Shown: positions 47,253 to 56,925, numbered from the stretch's first letter. The stretch: 64,000 bases of DNA from Christensenella sp. UBA1685 (GCA_002320595.1 DCKB01000021.1:36508-100507), one strand, 5' to 3'. The notes: generated by a model from the sequence alone, not told the origin. Made by a program: numbers and translations.

Positions 47253-48731
47253 ATGATCGATTTGACAGTACATCCGCAGCAGTTGGAACGCGCCGTGCAG
47301 CGCGCACGCGAAAACAGAATTGTGATCCCCACCTTTGCGCAGATGCGGGATCCTGCCCTAATCCCGGAGGCGATCAAAAAGCAGCTCCGGCACGTCGGCC
47401 TTTGGGATGTGAATCCCCTGAACTTGTTCCGCATCTCCTGGCACAACGAACCCACCATGAGCGGCGGCGCTTACGGCCCGGTGAACTTCATCGAACTGCC
47501 GAGCGTCCTTACCGGCGTAAAGGCCCGCATCATCGTGCTCTGCGGCAAGTGGTTCCCCACAGGCTGCCACAAGGTCGGCGCCTCGTTTGGCTGCCTGGCC
47601 CCGCGCCTCGTGACCGGCCAGTTTGATCCAACCTATAACAAGGCCGTTTGGCCCTCCACGGGCAATTACTGCCGCGGCGGCGCTTATAACTCCAAGCTTC
47701 TGGGCTGCGAATCCGTGGCAATCCTCCCCGCTGAAATGAGCAAGGAACGCTTCGACTGGCTCTCAAAAATTGCCGGTGAAGTGATTGCCACGCCGGGCTG
47801 CGAAAGCAATGTCAAAGAAATTTTTGACAAGACCTGGGAACTGCGCCGCACGCGGAAGGATGTTGTCATTTTCAACCAGTTTGAAGAGATGGGCAACGTG
47901 CTTTGGCATTATCAGGTAACAGGCAAAGCCATCGCGGATGCGTATGAATCCCTTAAAACCGATACCACCCGCTTTGCGGGCGCCTGCTTCACAAGCGGCT
48001 CCGCCGGCACCATGAGCGCGGGAGATTATCTTAAGGAGCAGTACCCGCATGCAAAGCTCGCCGTGGGCGAGGCGCTGCAATGCCCGACGCTGCTTGAAAA
48101 CGGCTTTGGCGGCCACCGCATCGAAGGCATTGGCGACAAGCATGTGCCGTGGGTACACAACGTAAAGAATACCGACATGGTGATTGACATTGATGACGAA
48201 GACTCCCAGAACCTCCTGCGCCTATTCAACACCGAGGACGGTCACAGGTACCTCACGGAAATCGTGGGCGTGCCGAAGGAGACTGTGGATCAGCTTTCCC
48301 TGCTCGGCATTTCCGGCATTGCAAACGTGCTTTGCTGCATTAAGTTCGCCAAGTATTACGAGCTTACGGAAAACGATGTCGTTGCGACCGTGGGAACGGA
48401 TTCCGCCGAGATGTACACCTCGCGCATTGCGGAACTCAACGAGCAGCAGGGCGCCTACGACATGCTGACCGCCGCGCGCGATTACAGCGAGCATCTGCAC
48501 GGAATCCGCACGGACAACATGGAAGAGCTGACCTACGCGGCCCGCAAGCGCGTCCACAACCTCAAGTATTATACCTGGGTGGAGCAGCAGGGCAGGACCG
48601 TGGAAGAACTCAACGCCCAGTGGTATGACGAAAACTACTGGACCTCCATCCACGATCAGGCCAAGGACCTCGATGCGCTCATTAACGCATTCAACGAAAA
48701 AACCGGCGTCCTCGCCGACATGGAAAAATAA
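47253..48731 (+). CDS. fold-type II (TrpB/cysteine-synthase-like) PLP-dependent enzyme with a long C-terminal extension, function unknown
   Basis: The start is MIDLTVHPQQ at 47253, or possibly the ATG at 47232. Putative PLP-lysine context WFPTGCHKVGASFG. About 490 aa, longer than CysK/CysM. The track ORF start at 47154 is unsupported. Confidence 0.7.
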   Translation: MIDLTVHPQQLERAVQRARENRIVIPTFAQMRDPALIPEAIKKQLRHVGLWDVNPLNLFRISWHNEPTMSGGAYGPVNFIELPSVLTGVKARIIVLCGKWFPTGCHKVGASFGCLAPRLVTGQFDPTYNKAVWPSTGNYCRGGAYNSKLLGCESVAILPAEMSKERFDWLSKIAGEVIATPGCESNVKEIFDKTWELRRTRKDVVIFNQFEEMGNVLWHYQVTGKAIADAYESLKTDTTRFAGACFTSGSAGTMSAGDYLKEQYPHAKLAVGEALQCPTLLENGFGGHRIEGIGDKHVPWVHNVKNTDMVIDIDDEDSQNLLRLFNTEDGHRYLTEIVGVPKETVDQLSLLGISGIANVLCCIKFAKYYELTENDVVATVGTDSAEMYTSRIAELNEQQGAYDMLTAARDYSEHLHGIRTDNMEELTYAARKRVHNLKYYTWVEQQGRTVEELNAQWYDENYWTSIHDQAKDLDALINAFNEKTGVLADMEK

Positions 48732-48744
48732 AATTGCAACCCGC

Positions 48745-48770
48745 AAAAGCCGCCCAAATGGGCGGCTTTT
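48745..48770. terminator. bidirectional terminator between convergent genes
   Basis: AAAAGCCGCCC / GGGCGGCTTTT stem with loop AAAT. A run and T run on either side. Confidence 0.7.
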
Positions 48771-48788
48771 ATGCATCGGATCCGGCCT

Positions 48789-49598
48789 TTAACGAAAAAA
48801 ACTCACCCTGTCTTCAAATACTTGAAGCAACACCTGCGATAGCTCCGCGCAGCATCCGCAGGAAAGATCGTACACGATAATGCGCGCCGGGGCGAGCGCA
48901 ACAAGCAGATTCACAAGCTCGCTTGCCGCGCCTGCGGCCGCGCCGCATCCTTCGCATTCGATGCGCGCGTCCGTATCATCCGTAATGGTACAGCTTCCGT
49001 CCGCATGCAGGATCAGCGATACTTCGCGGATACGCGGCTGCTGCAGGCGCACAAGTACGGACAGCACGCGCATCAGCTCAAGGTATTCCGTTTGCAGCAT
49101 CAGTTCTTCCGCAGCGCAGAGTGCATAAAGCTCAAAGGCGCGCAGCACATCCTGCATACGAAAACGCAAAAACCCTTCAAGATTCAGATGGTCGTTCCCG
49201 TCGAAATGCGCGCGCAGCATTTCTTTTACCCGTTCTGCGTCCATGGTGAGAGAGGCATTTCCCGTTTCTCCTATCCCCTCTCTGCGAACCGCAGCCGCTT
49301 CACGCGCGGTTTTGATGGCTTCAGGAAGCACGCGCTGCTTTTCTTCAAGGGTGAGCGGCATATCGTTTACAATCCGCGCAAGCTCAAAATTGGCCGCATC
49401 GCGCAGCAGCAGCGCGGCAAGCGCTTCGCACAGCGCATCACGCTCCGCCTCGCTCCGAAGGCGAACGAGCGCCTCCCGGCCGCCCGATGCAGAAGATACC
49501 GCGATTTCCGTTCCACAGGGCACGCGCTGCAGCCTGCGCGTCAAAAGCGCCGCTACGTCGATTTCATATTCCAGAGTGCTCACGGATACTGTCTGCAT
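48789..49598 (-). CDS. ytxC: YtxC-like sporulation protein
   Basis: The start MQTVSVSTLEYE at 49598 follows GAGGAAG. LEGFLRFRMQD and the YLELMRVL region resemble YtxC family proteins, which are normally found beside thrS in Firmicutes. Confidence 0.6.
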   Translation of the reverse strand: MQTVSVSTLEYEIDVAALLTRRLQRVPCGTEIAVSSASGGREALVRLRSEAERDALCEALAALLLRDAANFELARIVNDMPLTLEEKQRVLPEAIKTAREAAAVRREGIGETGNASLTMDAERVKEMLRAHFDGNDHLNLEGFLRFRMQDVLRAFELYALCAAEELMLQTEYLELMRVLSVLVRLQQPRIREVSLILHADGSCTITDDTDARIECEGCGAAAGAASELVNLLVALAPARIIVYDLSCGCCAELSQVLLQVFEDRVSFFR

Positions 49599-49921
49599 GT
49601 TCTTCCTCGCTTTATCAGCCCCACCGGCCTTACTTGAGGCGTCATTTGCCGTGCAAAAAGCCTCGTGGCAATACGCGCCTCCCCTTGCAAGATATGCTCT
49701 AGTATGTTCAAATGTCCGCTCCGCGCGCGCTGTTAATTTTTGTTTGCCCTTGCGCGCTCTCCCACGCAACGTGTCCAGATTGCGCATTTTTTATCGATAT
49801 TTTAAATAGTAACGCCATTTCAATTGACTTTATTCATAATTTGTTCTATATTTTCCTTTGCCGGGCGGATATATCCCCCCAAGGACTTGTGCGTTCAAAA
49901 CAAAGCGGAGGTATTCTTTCA

Positions 49922-51256
49922 GTGGAAAAAAAGCATGGGCTTAAAAAAAATCTTGGCGTGATGTCCGCAATGTCGATCGTGATCGGCTGCGTGATCGGTG
50001 CGGGCGTATTTTTCAAACCATACGCGATCTACCAAACCACGGGGGGCGCACCCGGGATGGGCATGCTCGCGTGGATTTTCGGCGGCATTGCCAGCATTCT
50101 CGCTGCGCTCACGTTCGCTGAAGTCGCCGTACTTATCCCCAAAACCGGGGGTATGGTTGCATATCTCGGGGAAGTTTACAACGAAAAGCTCGGTTTTCTT
50201 GCAGGCTGGATGCAGACGGTGATCTTCTACCCCGCCTATCTCGCCGGCTATGGCGTGACCGTCGGAAAAGAGCTCGCTGGCAGCGATTCTCCGTATGTTC
50301 TTCCCATTGCAATGGCTGTCATCATCCTGCTTGTTGCGTTCAATTCGCTGGGCTCCAAAACCGCAAGCGGCATTCAGGTCGTTTCCACAATCTGCAAGCT
50401 GATCCCGCTCATGCTGCTGATGGTGTTCGGCTTCCTCCTCGGCAGCGGCGATCATCCGATCTTCACCCCCATGGTTTCCGAAACCACCAATGCGGGCGCC
50501 GCGCTCGGCTCCACTCTGCTCGCCGTCCTTTTCGCGTTTGAAGGTTGGACGAACGTGGGCGCGATTGCAGGCGAAATGAAGCGCCCCGGCCGCGACCTTC
50601 CGCTTGCCATTGTGGGCGGCGTTTCGATCATCATGGCTGTGTATTTTGTGATCAACATGGCATACCTTTGGGTACTCCCTGCGGATCAGCTGATGAATCT
50701 TGAATCCCCTGCTTCCGCCGTGGCCATGCAGATTTTCGGGCCCACGGGCGGCCTGCTCATCAAAATCGGCATCATCATCTCCGTCATCGGCGCAGCCAAC
50801 GGCTTCCTGATGTCCGGTTCCCGCGTTGCTTACCAGCTTGCCGAAATGAACACCCTGCCCATGAGCGGCGCGCTGAGCAAGCTCAACGGCAACCATGTGC
50901 CCGCAAACTCCATCCTCTTAATCGGCCTGCTCGGCTGCATCTACTCGCTTTCCGGGCAGTTTGACATGATGACTGACCTTGGCACATTCTCCTGCTGGAT
51001 TTTCTACACCCTGACGTTTGCCTGCGTGATGAAGCTCAGGCGCACGCATCCGGAACTTGAGCGCAAATACAAGGTGCCGCTTTACCCCGTGATCCCGATC
51101 CTTGCGATCCTGAGCGGCCTTTATGTGGTCATAAGCCAGCTCTTCCTTTCCGGCACGAAGGCCACGCTGCTTTCCATCGGGAGCATCCTCATCACGCTCA
51201 TTGGCTTGCCGGTATTCCTTGCAGTGCGTAAGCACACCGCAAAAAAGGCAGACTAA
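49922..51256 (+). CDS. APC-superfamily amino acid permease
   Basis: GTG at 49922 lies 10 nt after GGAGG (49907-49911). LGVMSAMSIVIGCVIGAGVFFKP is the typical APC TM1. About 12 TM helices. The track ORF start at 49712 is unsupported. Confidence 0.85.
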   Translation: MEKKHGLKKNLGVMSAMSIVIGCVIGAGVFFKPYAIYQTTGGAPGMGMLAWIFGGIASILAALTFAEVAVLIPKTGGMVAYLGEVYNEKLGFLAGWMQTVIFYPAYLAGYGVTVGKELAGSDSPYVLPIAMAVIILLVAFNSLGSKTASGIQVVSTICKLIPLMLLMVFGFLLGSGDHPIFTPMVSETTNAGAALGSTLLAVLFAFEGWTNVGAIAGEMKRPGRDLPLAIVGGVSIIMAVYFVINMAYLWVLPADQLMNLESPASAVAMQIFGPTGGLLIKIGIIISVIGAANGFLMSGSRVAYQLAEMNTLPMSGALSKLNGNHVPANSILLIGLLGCIYSLSGQFDMMTDLGTFSCWIFYTLTFACVMKLRRTHPELERKYKVPLYPVIPILAILSGLYVVISQLFLSGTKATLLSIGSILITLIGLPVFLAVRKHTAKKAD

Positions 51257-51284
51257 CCGGAAAAGCTGGATTTACAGTACCGTT

Positions 51285-51325
51285 TGCAGCGCCCTTTTCC
51301 CGTTCGGAAGGGGCGCTGCAGTTCT
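51285..51325 (+). terminator. intrinsic terminator after the permease gene
   Basis: 15-bp stem TGCAGCGCCCTTTTC / GGAAGGGGCGCTGCA followed by TTCTTATCC. Confidence 0.7.
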
Positions 51326-51352
51326 TATCCACCATCTTCCTGCCGGTTTTCC

Positions 51353-51381
51353 TTGACAAGCCCGCGTTTGTGCGCTATACT
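51353..51381 (+). promoter_or_regulatory. promoter of the thrS T-box leader
   Basis: TTGACA (51353-51358), 17-nt spacer, TATACT (51376-51381). Confidence 0.6.
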
Positions 51382-51384
51382 TTC

Positions 51385-51627
51385 ATGCATATTGATATTG
51401 TGGGTTGATGCGGGTTTTCAGTACCAATCAGGGAGTTTCGCCCAGAGAGATGCGCCGAGGCTGCAAGCGCATTCGGAATCTGATTTTGGGAATACCGCCC
51501 CGCGGACTGCAACCGTTGCGGCGCGTTAAGCCGTTTCGAGAGGGTTTTACCAATCGGGGTGGAACCGCGGAACATGTTTGAATTATGTCCGTCCCCGGCG
51601 CTTATGCCGGAGGCGGGCATTTTTTCT
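51385..51627 (+). promoter_or_regulatory. T-box riboswitch leader, threonine specifier (ACC)
   Basis: Stem I AGAGA box (CCAGAGAGATG). Specifier-loop context GGAATACCGCC with ACC followed by a purine. Conserved T-box sequence AATCGGGGTGGAACCGCGG at 51552-51570. Terminator hairpin 51587-51618 followed by ATTTTTTC. Directly upstream of thrS. Confidence 0.8.
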
Positions 51628-51687
51628 TACCCAATGCACGCATGCGCGTTTTACTTTATTTCGGCAACCAACAAGGAGGATTTCACC

Positions 51688-53628
51688 ATGAAGATCACGT
51701 TTCCGGACGGTTCCGTCCGCGAATTCAACGAAGGCGTAAGCGCCTTTGACGTGGCCGAATCCATCGGCTCCCGCCTGCGCAAAGCCACCATCGCCTGCGA
51801 AATCGACGGAGAGCGCGCCGATGCGTTCGCGCCCATCCACAGCGACTGCACGCTCAAGCTGCTCACCTTTGCGGATGAGGGCGGCCGTTGGGCATACCGC
51901 CACACCGCATCCCACATGCTAGCGCAGGCTGTGAAACGCCTGTACCCGGATGTGAAGCTTGCCATCGGCCCCGCGATCGAAAACGGATTTTACTACGACT
52001 TCGACGCGCCCGAAACCTTCACGCCCGCTGATCTTGAAGCGATTGAAAAGGAAATCGTCAAGATCGAAAAGGAGAACTTCAAGCTGGAGCGTTTTGAGCT
52101 GCCCCGCACGGAAGCCATCGCCTATATGGAAAAGCTGGGCGAGCCTTACAAGGTAGAGCTCATCCGCGATCTGCCGGAGGATGCCGTCATCAGTTTTTAC
52201 CGCCAGGGCGAATTTGTTGACCTCTGCGCAGGCCCGCATGCAGAATCCACCGGCAGGGTGAAAAACGTAAAGCTCATGAACGTTGCGGGCGCTTACTGGC
52301 GCGGCAGCGAAAAAAACAAGATGCTTCAGCGCATTTACGGCACAGCATTTGAGAAGAAAGCCGACCTTGACGAGTACGTCGCTCAGGTGGAAGAAGCCAA
52401 GAAGCGCGACCATAACAAGCTTGGCCGCGAACTCGAATACTTCACCACTGTGGATGTGATCGGCCAGGGCCTCCCCATCCTGCTGCCCAAGGGCGCGCGC
52501 ACCATTCAGCTTCTGCAGCGCTGGGTTGAGGACGAAGAACAGAAGCGCGGCTACCTGCTCACCAAGACGCCGCTCATGGCCAAGAGCGATCTATACAAAA
52601 TTTCTGGCCACTGGGATCATTATCTGGATGGCATGTTTGTTCTCGGCGACCCGAACGATGATTCCAAAGAATGCTTTGCCCTGCGCCCGATGACCTGCCC
52701 GTTCCAGTATCAGGTGTTCCTCAACCGCGGGCGCAGCTACCGCGACCTGCCCATGCGTCTTGGAGAAACCTCAACGCTGTTCCGCAATGAGGATTCCGGC
52801 GAGATGCATGGCCTCATCCGCGTGCGCCAGTTCACGATCTCCGAAGGCCACCTGATCCTCCGCCCGGATCAGTTGGAGGACGAGTTCCGCGGTTGCCTCG
52901 AGCTCGCCAAGTACCTGCTCGGCACAGTCGGCATGCTCGACAATTGCTCCTTCCGCTTCTCCCAGTGGGATCCCAACAACACGGAGAAATACATCGGCAC
53001 GCCGGAACAGTGGGATGAGGCACAGTCCACGATGGCGAAAATTCTCGACGACCTCGGGGTGAACTATACCATCGGCATCGACGAAGCCGCGTTTTATGGC
53101 CCGAAGCTGGACATTCAGTACAAGAACGTCTTTGGCAAGGAAGATACCATCGTTACAATTCAGGTCGACCAGCTTCTTGCAGAGCAGTTCGGCATGGAAT
53201 ATATCGACCAGGAAGGCAAAAAGGTTCGCCCCTACATCATCCACCGCACGAGCCTTGGCTGCTATGAGCGCACGCTCGCATACCTCATCGAGCTTTATGC
53301 CGGCGCGCTGCCCACGTGGATGGCGCCGGAGCAGGTTCGTTTCCTGCCTGTGACCGACCGCGCTGCGGATTACTGTGCCGCACAGGCCAAAAAGCTTGAA
53401 GCGCTCGGCTACCGCGTAACGGTTGATTACCGCAACGAAAAGACCGGCAAGAAAATCCGCGATGCACAGCTCGAGAAGGTGCCGTACATGGTCGTTGTGG
53501 GAGATCGGGATATCGAGAACAACACCGTTTCCCCGCGCCACCGTGCGGACGGGGACCTCGGGGCAATGAGTATGGATGCTTTCACGGCGCTGCTCAAGGA
53601 AGTTGTCGACAGCAAGTCGAAAAAATAA
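51688..53628 (+). CDS. thrS: threonine--tRNA ligase
   Basis: The start MKITFPDGSVREFNEGVSAFDVAESIG (TGS domain) at 51688 follows AAGGAGGA. 646 aa with a class II core and an anticodon-binding domain. The track ORF start at 51559 lies in the T-box leader. Confidence 0.95.
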   Translation: MKITFPDGSVREFNEGVSAFDVAESIGSRLRKATIACEIDGERADAFAPIHSDCTLKLLTFADEGGRWAYRHTASHMLAQAVKRLYPDVKLAIGPAIENGFYYDFDAPETFTPADLEAIEKEIVKIEKENFKLERFELPRTEAIAYMEKLGEPYKVELIRDLPEDAVISFYRQGEFVDLCAGPHAESTGRVKNVKLMNVAGAYWRGSEKNKMLQRIYGTAFEKKADLDEYVAQVEEAKKRDHNKLGRELEYFTTVDVIGQGLPILLPKGARTIQLLQRWVEDEEQKRGYLLTKTPLMAKSDLYKISGHWDHYLDGMFVLGDPNDDSKECFALRPMTCPFQYQVFLNRGRSYRDLPMRLGETSTLFRNEDSGEMHGLIRVRQFTISEGHLILRPDQLEDEFRGCLELAKYLLGTVGMLDNCSFRFSQWDPNNTEKYIGTPEQWDEAQSTMAKILDDLGVNYTIGIDEAAFYGPKLDIQYKNVFGKEDTIVTIQVDQLLAEQFGMEYIDQEGKKVRPYIIHRTSLGCYERTLAYLIELYAGALPTWMAPEQVRFLPVTDRAADYCAAQAKKLEALGYRVTVDYRNEKTGKKIRDAQLEKVPYMVVVGDRDIENNTVSPRHRADGDLGAMSMDAFTALLKEVVDSKSKK

Positions 53629-53641
53629 GCCTCTTTTCAGA

Positions 53642-53685
53642 AAAGCCTGCTGCACAAACACAATCCGCAGCAGGCTTTCCTTTGC
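53642..53685 (+). terminator. terminator after thrS
   Basis: 12-bp stem AAAGCCTGCTGC / GCAGCAGGCTTT followed by CCTTTGCG. Confidence 0.65.
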
Positions 53686-53733
53686 GCCATATCGTTTTCG
53701 CGTCAGAAACGCAGAAAAAAAGAAATTTTGGCG

Positions 53734-53762
53734 TTGACAAGCGAGATTGAAATCGGTATAAT
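53734..53762 (+). promoter_or_regulatory. promoter of tRNA-Leu
   Basis: Consensus TTGACA (53734-53739), 17-nt spacer, TATAAT (53757-53762), 30 nt before the tRNA. Confidence 0.6.
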
Positions 53763-53792
53763 AGGCCTTGCGATTGAAAAATTGCTTCCTGT

Positions 53793-53875
53793 GCGGCCGT
53801 GGCGGAATAGGCAGACGCGTACGTTTGAGGGGCGTATGGGAGACCGTATGAGTTCAAGTCTCATCGGCCGCACCA
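53793..53875 (+). tRNA. tRNA-Leu (anticodon GAG), type II with a long variable arm, CCA encoded
   Basis: Hand-folded. Acceptor GCGGCCG/CGGCCGC. Anticodon stem TACGT/GCGTA with loop TTGAGGG. 11-nt variable arm. T arm ATGAG-TTCAAGT-CTCAT. 83 nt. Confidence 0.9.
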
Positions 53876-53881
53876 ATCACA

Positions 53882-53907
53882 AAAAGCATCCAAAGGGTGC
53901 TTTTTTG
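53882..53907 (+). terminator. intrinsic terminator after tRNA-Leu
   Basis: AAAAGCATCC / GGGTGCTTTT stem with loop AAA, followed by TTTTTTGTT. Confidence 0.75.
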
Positions 53908-54127
53908 TTATTCTCATGAGCGGGAGGCTGAAGCCGCATCCGAGCCTGTGCGGCAAAGCGCTGCCTCCCCTTTCAGCGCCGATGGCCGCACAGACCAACA
54001 GCTTTGTATCCGTTCTCTTTATTGTAGAAAAGCACTCTCCAACCGTGATATTCCCCACCGTCTTCCCCTTTGCTATAATCAAACCAGAAAGCAGCGCTGC
54101 TTCAAATGAAAAGGAGCATACATAACC

Positions 54128-55219
54128 ATGATGAAACTTCAACTCGGTAAGACTCTGAAACGCCTGCGCAGAGAAAAAGACATTACGCAGGAGGAACTTG
54201 CGGAAATTCTGGGAGTCTCCTTCCAGTCCGTTTCCCGCTGGGAGCTTGGGGTGTGTTATCCCGACATGGCCCTGCTGCCGGCAATCGCAAGCTTTTTCAA
54301 CGTAACGGTGGACGCTCTGCTTGGAATCGACGATGCCACGGCGCGCCAAAAAGTGGAGCAGTATCTTTCGCGTTTTCAGGAAGCGCTCGCCAAGGGGGAT
54401 GTGGATGCCTGCGTTGCAATTGCGCGACAAGGCATTTCGGAATTCCCCAATGATTATGCGCTGCTGAACAAGCTGATGTATGCGTTGTTCCTTTCCAGCG
54501 ATGCTGACGGAAATCTCCCCGGCTGGGAAGAAGCGATGCAAAAGAACGACGCTGAAATCACCGCACTCGGCGAACGCATCATGAAATATTGCCCGGATCA
54601 GGATATCCGTTTGGAAGCCACAGCCCGCCTCGCCTTTCACCACTGTGAAATGGGTCGCAAGGCACGGGGCCGCGAAATCTATGAATCGCTGCCTTCCTGG
54701 GAATTCAGCAGGCAAAACCAGATTTGGTGGGCGCTTGAAGGCGAAGATCGTCTGGAGAACTGCCGGGAGCGCATCCGTGCGGGCTATGCGCTGATCTTAG
54801 GAGGGATTTATAACCTTGGTTATGGAAAGCTTCTGCCGGACGCAACGCTTGCCACAGCATTCCAAAAATCATTTGCGCTGGAATGCTGGATGTACGACGG
54901 CCGGAGCGCTCCATACCGTTTTCCGCAAATGCGCTGCCAGTATGCCGGGGTGCTCGCGAGGCTTGGCAAGCCGGATGAAGCGTTCGCACAGTTGAAGCTT
55001 GCCGTTGCCGAAGCAAAGGAGTTCGACGGCCGGCCGGACACATGGACAGCCGCCAGCCTTTTGCTTGGAGAATGGCGGGAAACGCGCTCCGGCTTTGAAA
55101 CGACCGATTCCCGGCCCTGCCGTGAAATCATGCGGGACAAATGGCTACAGCATCCGGATTTTGACCCCATCCGGGGCATGGCGGAGTTTAAGGAAATTGA
55201 GGCGGCGCTTTCCGCATAA
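54128..55219 (+). CDS. XRE-family HTH regulator with a large helical-repeat (TPR-like) C-terminal domain
   Basis: 363 aa. LGKTLKRLRREKDITQEELAEILGVSFQSVSRWELG is a typical HTH_3 domain. An extended -10 element, TGcTATAAT, sits at 54071-54079. Confidence 0.8.
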   Translation: MMKLQLGKTLKRLRREKDITQEELAEILGVSFQSVSRWELGVCYPDMALLPAIASFFNVTVDALLGIDDATARQKVEQYLSRFQEALAKGDVDACVAIARQGISEFPNDYALLNKLMYALFLSSDADGNLPGWEEAMQKNDAEITALGERIMKYCPDQDIRLEATARLAFHHCEMGRKARGREIYESLPSWEFSRQNQIWWALEGEDRLENCRERIRAGYALILGGIYNLGYGKLLPDATLATAFQKSFALECWMYDGRSAPYRFPQMRCQYAGVLARLGKPDEAFAQLKLAVAEAKEFDGRPDTWTAASLLLGEWRETRSGFETTDSRPCREIMRDKWLQHPDFDPIRGMAEFKEIEAALSA

Positions 55220-55249
55220 CCTCATGTGCCGTCAGCGTTCGGAAATGGA

Positions 55250-55293
55250 GCAGGGAAGGGTTCCTCCCTTCAGGAGCCCTTCCCTGCTTTCTT
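55250..55293. terminator. hairpin terminator between convergent genes
   Basis: 11-bp stem GCAGGGAAGGG / CCCTTCCCTGC followed by TTTCTTATTC. Confidence 0.7.
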
Positions 55294-56530
55294 ATTCTGT
55301 GCTTTTGCAGCCAAAAGCTGTACCCGCTCCCCGCTGCGGCGGCAGCGAGAGCTTGCCCAGCACAGCCGCCTCCCACGCGCCTGTCACGCCCAGCAGCACG
55401 TTTGCGCAGCCCCGCCGGCAGCAATCCGCCAGCAGCGCAAAGGCGACCGCCTCCTTCGCATCGCTGGAAAAGCCCAAATTCTCCTGCGTCATTACGCGGA
55501 TTCCATGCACCGCAAACCGCCGCTCCAGCATGCGCAAAAGCGTTTGGTTATAGCTTCCTCCGCCGCCTGCGATCAGTTCATCCGCCCGGGCATGCGGCAG
55601 CACATAGCGCTCGTACGCATCCGCAATCGACCACGCCGTGAGCTCCGTAACCGTTGCAAGCAGATCTTCCGGCGAAAGCCCGTTTGCCTCCGGCCATGCC
55701 AGCATTTCCGCCGTATATTGCGCGCCAAAGCGTTCCCGGCCCGTGGTCTTGGGCAGGGGCAGCGCATAATAGCCATTCTCCCGGAGCCGGGCAAGCAGCG
55801 CTTCGTTTGTGCGCCCGCGCGCGGCGATTGCGCCGCCCGCATCATAGGTTTGTCTGCCGCCTGTTACAGCCGCAGTTACCGCATCGATAATCATGTTGCC
55901 GGGGCCGGTGTCAAATGCAAAAACATCCTCCGGCCGTGCCGCCGCAGGGAGCACCGTCATGTTCCCAATGCCCCCGATGTTTTGCAGCAGCATGGTTTTA
56001 TCTTCCCTGCGGTACAAAAGATATTCCGTGAATGGGACAAGCGGCGCGCCCTGCCCGCCGAGCGCCATATCCGCCACGCGAAAATCCGAAACCACCGGCA
56101 CGCCCGTGCGCGCTGCGATGACGGCGCCTTCGCCGATCTGCACCGTATAGCGGATTGGGTAGCCATCCTGCCCCGAGGGCTCCGGCGCATGCCAAATCGT
56201 TTGCCCGTGCGAGCCGATGAGGTCAACCTCTTCCGGCCGGAATCCCGCTTTTGCAATCACGGAAAGCGCCGCTTCGGCATAAAGCTCTCCCAGGAGGAAG
56301 TTCATATAGCCGACGCGATCCACCGTTGCGGTTTCCGGGCGGAACAGCGAGAATATTTTCTCCCGTACCGCGGGTGGGAATGGCTTGTTTTCAAACGCCA
56401 GCAGCTTCACGCATGCGCTTTGCGAAATTTCCACCAGCGCGGCGTCGATTCCATCCACCGACGTGCCGGACATCATCCCCACCACCCTGCGGATGGCCTG
56501 CCTTTGCTCCCGCATGCCGTGTCCCTTCAT
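55292..56530 (-). CDS. anmK: anhydro-N-acetylmuramic acid kinase
   Basis: 412 aa. GMMSGTSVDGIDAALVEI is the AnmK N-terminal signature. The start overlaps the upstream stop (ATGA). Confidence 0.85.
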   Translation of the reverse strand: MKGHGMREQRQAIRRVVGMMSGTSVDGIDAALVEISQSACVKLLAFENKPFPPAVREKIFSLFRPETATVDRVGYMNFLLGELYAEAALSVIAKAGFRPEEVDLIGSHGQTIWHAPEPSGQDGYPIRYTVQIGEGAVIAARTGVPVVSDFRVADMALGGQGAPLVPFTEYLLYRREDKTMLLQNIGGIGNMTVLPAAARPEDVFAFDTGPGNMIIDAVTAAVTGGRQTYDAGGAIAARGRTNEALLARLRENGYYALPLPKTTGRERFGAQYTAEMLAWPEANGLSPEDLLATVTELTAWSIADAYERYVLPHARADELIAGGGGSYNQTLLRMLERRFAVHGIRVMTQENLGFSSDAKEAVAFALLADCCRRGCANVLLGVTGAWEAAVLGKLSLPPQRGAGTAFGCKSTE

Positions 56531-56925
56531 TCCGTCTCGCGCAGATAGGCGTCCAACGCATCCGCAATGCGCAGCACCGTATCAAGGCAACGGGTGTCCT
56601 CCTTCCTGTATCGTTCCATCAGCGCGCTGCATTCGATGCTGCCGCATTCCGCCTCCACTTTATTTACAAAGCCTGCGGAGAGCTCCTTAAAGCCCTCTGT
56701 GGCATGCGCCCTTCCATTCGCGCGCAAGCAACCAAGCGCCGCAAGCGCGCCGCAAACCGCACCGCAGGCGCGCTCGCAGCCCATGCCTGCGCCAAAGGCG
56801 CTCACAAGCCGGTGTGCGCCCTCTGGAAGGCCCAGCGCATACGCATCGTTTGCAGCAAGCAAAAGGGTTTCCGCGCAGTTGTAATCGCCTTCGAGATAAT
56901 ATGTTTCCACAAAATCGCGTATCAT
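56527..56925 (-). CDS. C_GCAxxG_C_C-family protein (second copy in the window)
   Basis: The start MIRDFVETYYLEGDYNCAETLL at 56925 follows GGAGGA. Motif GAGMGCERACGAVCGALAALGCL. The track ORF start at 57054 is unsupported. Confidence 0.7.
   Translation of the reverse strand: MIRDFVETYYLEGDYNCAETLLLAANDAYALGLPEGAHRLVSAFGAGMGCERACGAVCGALAALGCLRANGRAHATEGFKELSAGFVNKVEAECGSIECSALMERYRKEDTRCLDTVLRIADALDAYLRETE

Noticed and set aside
49712-49921. A 70-aa N-terminal extension of the APC permease ORF (track start 49712).
   Set aside because: The extension overlaps the ytxC promoter region and has no RBS. GTG at 49922 lies 10 nt after GGAGG and gives a normal APC N-terminus.
55226-56548. A 440-aa + strand ORF, with similar antisense ORFs at 56687-57628, 53861-54715, 44096-45025, 22343-23392, 16688-17794 and 790-1482.
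   Set aside because: All are antisense to genes with strong family signatures (anmK, the XRE regulator, pepT, SBPs, the OCD-family gene). They show low-complexity composition and lack RBSs.
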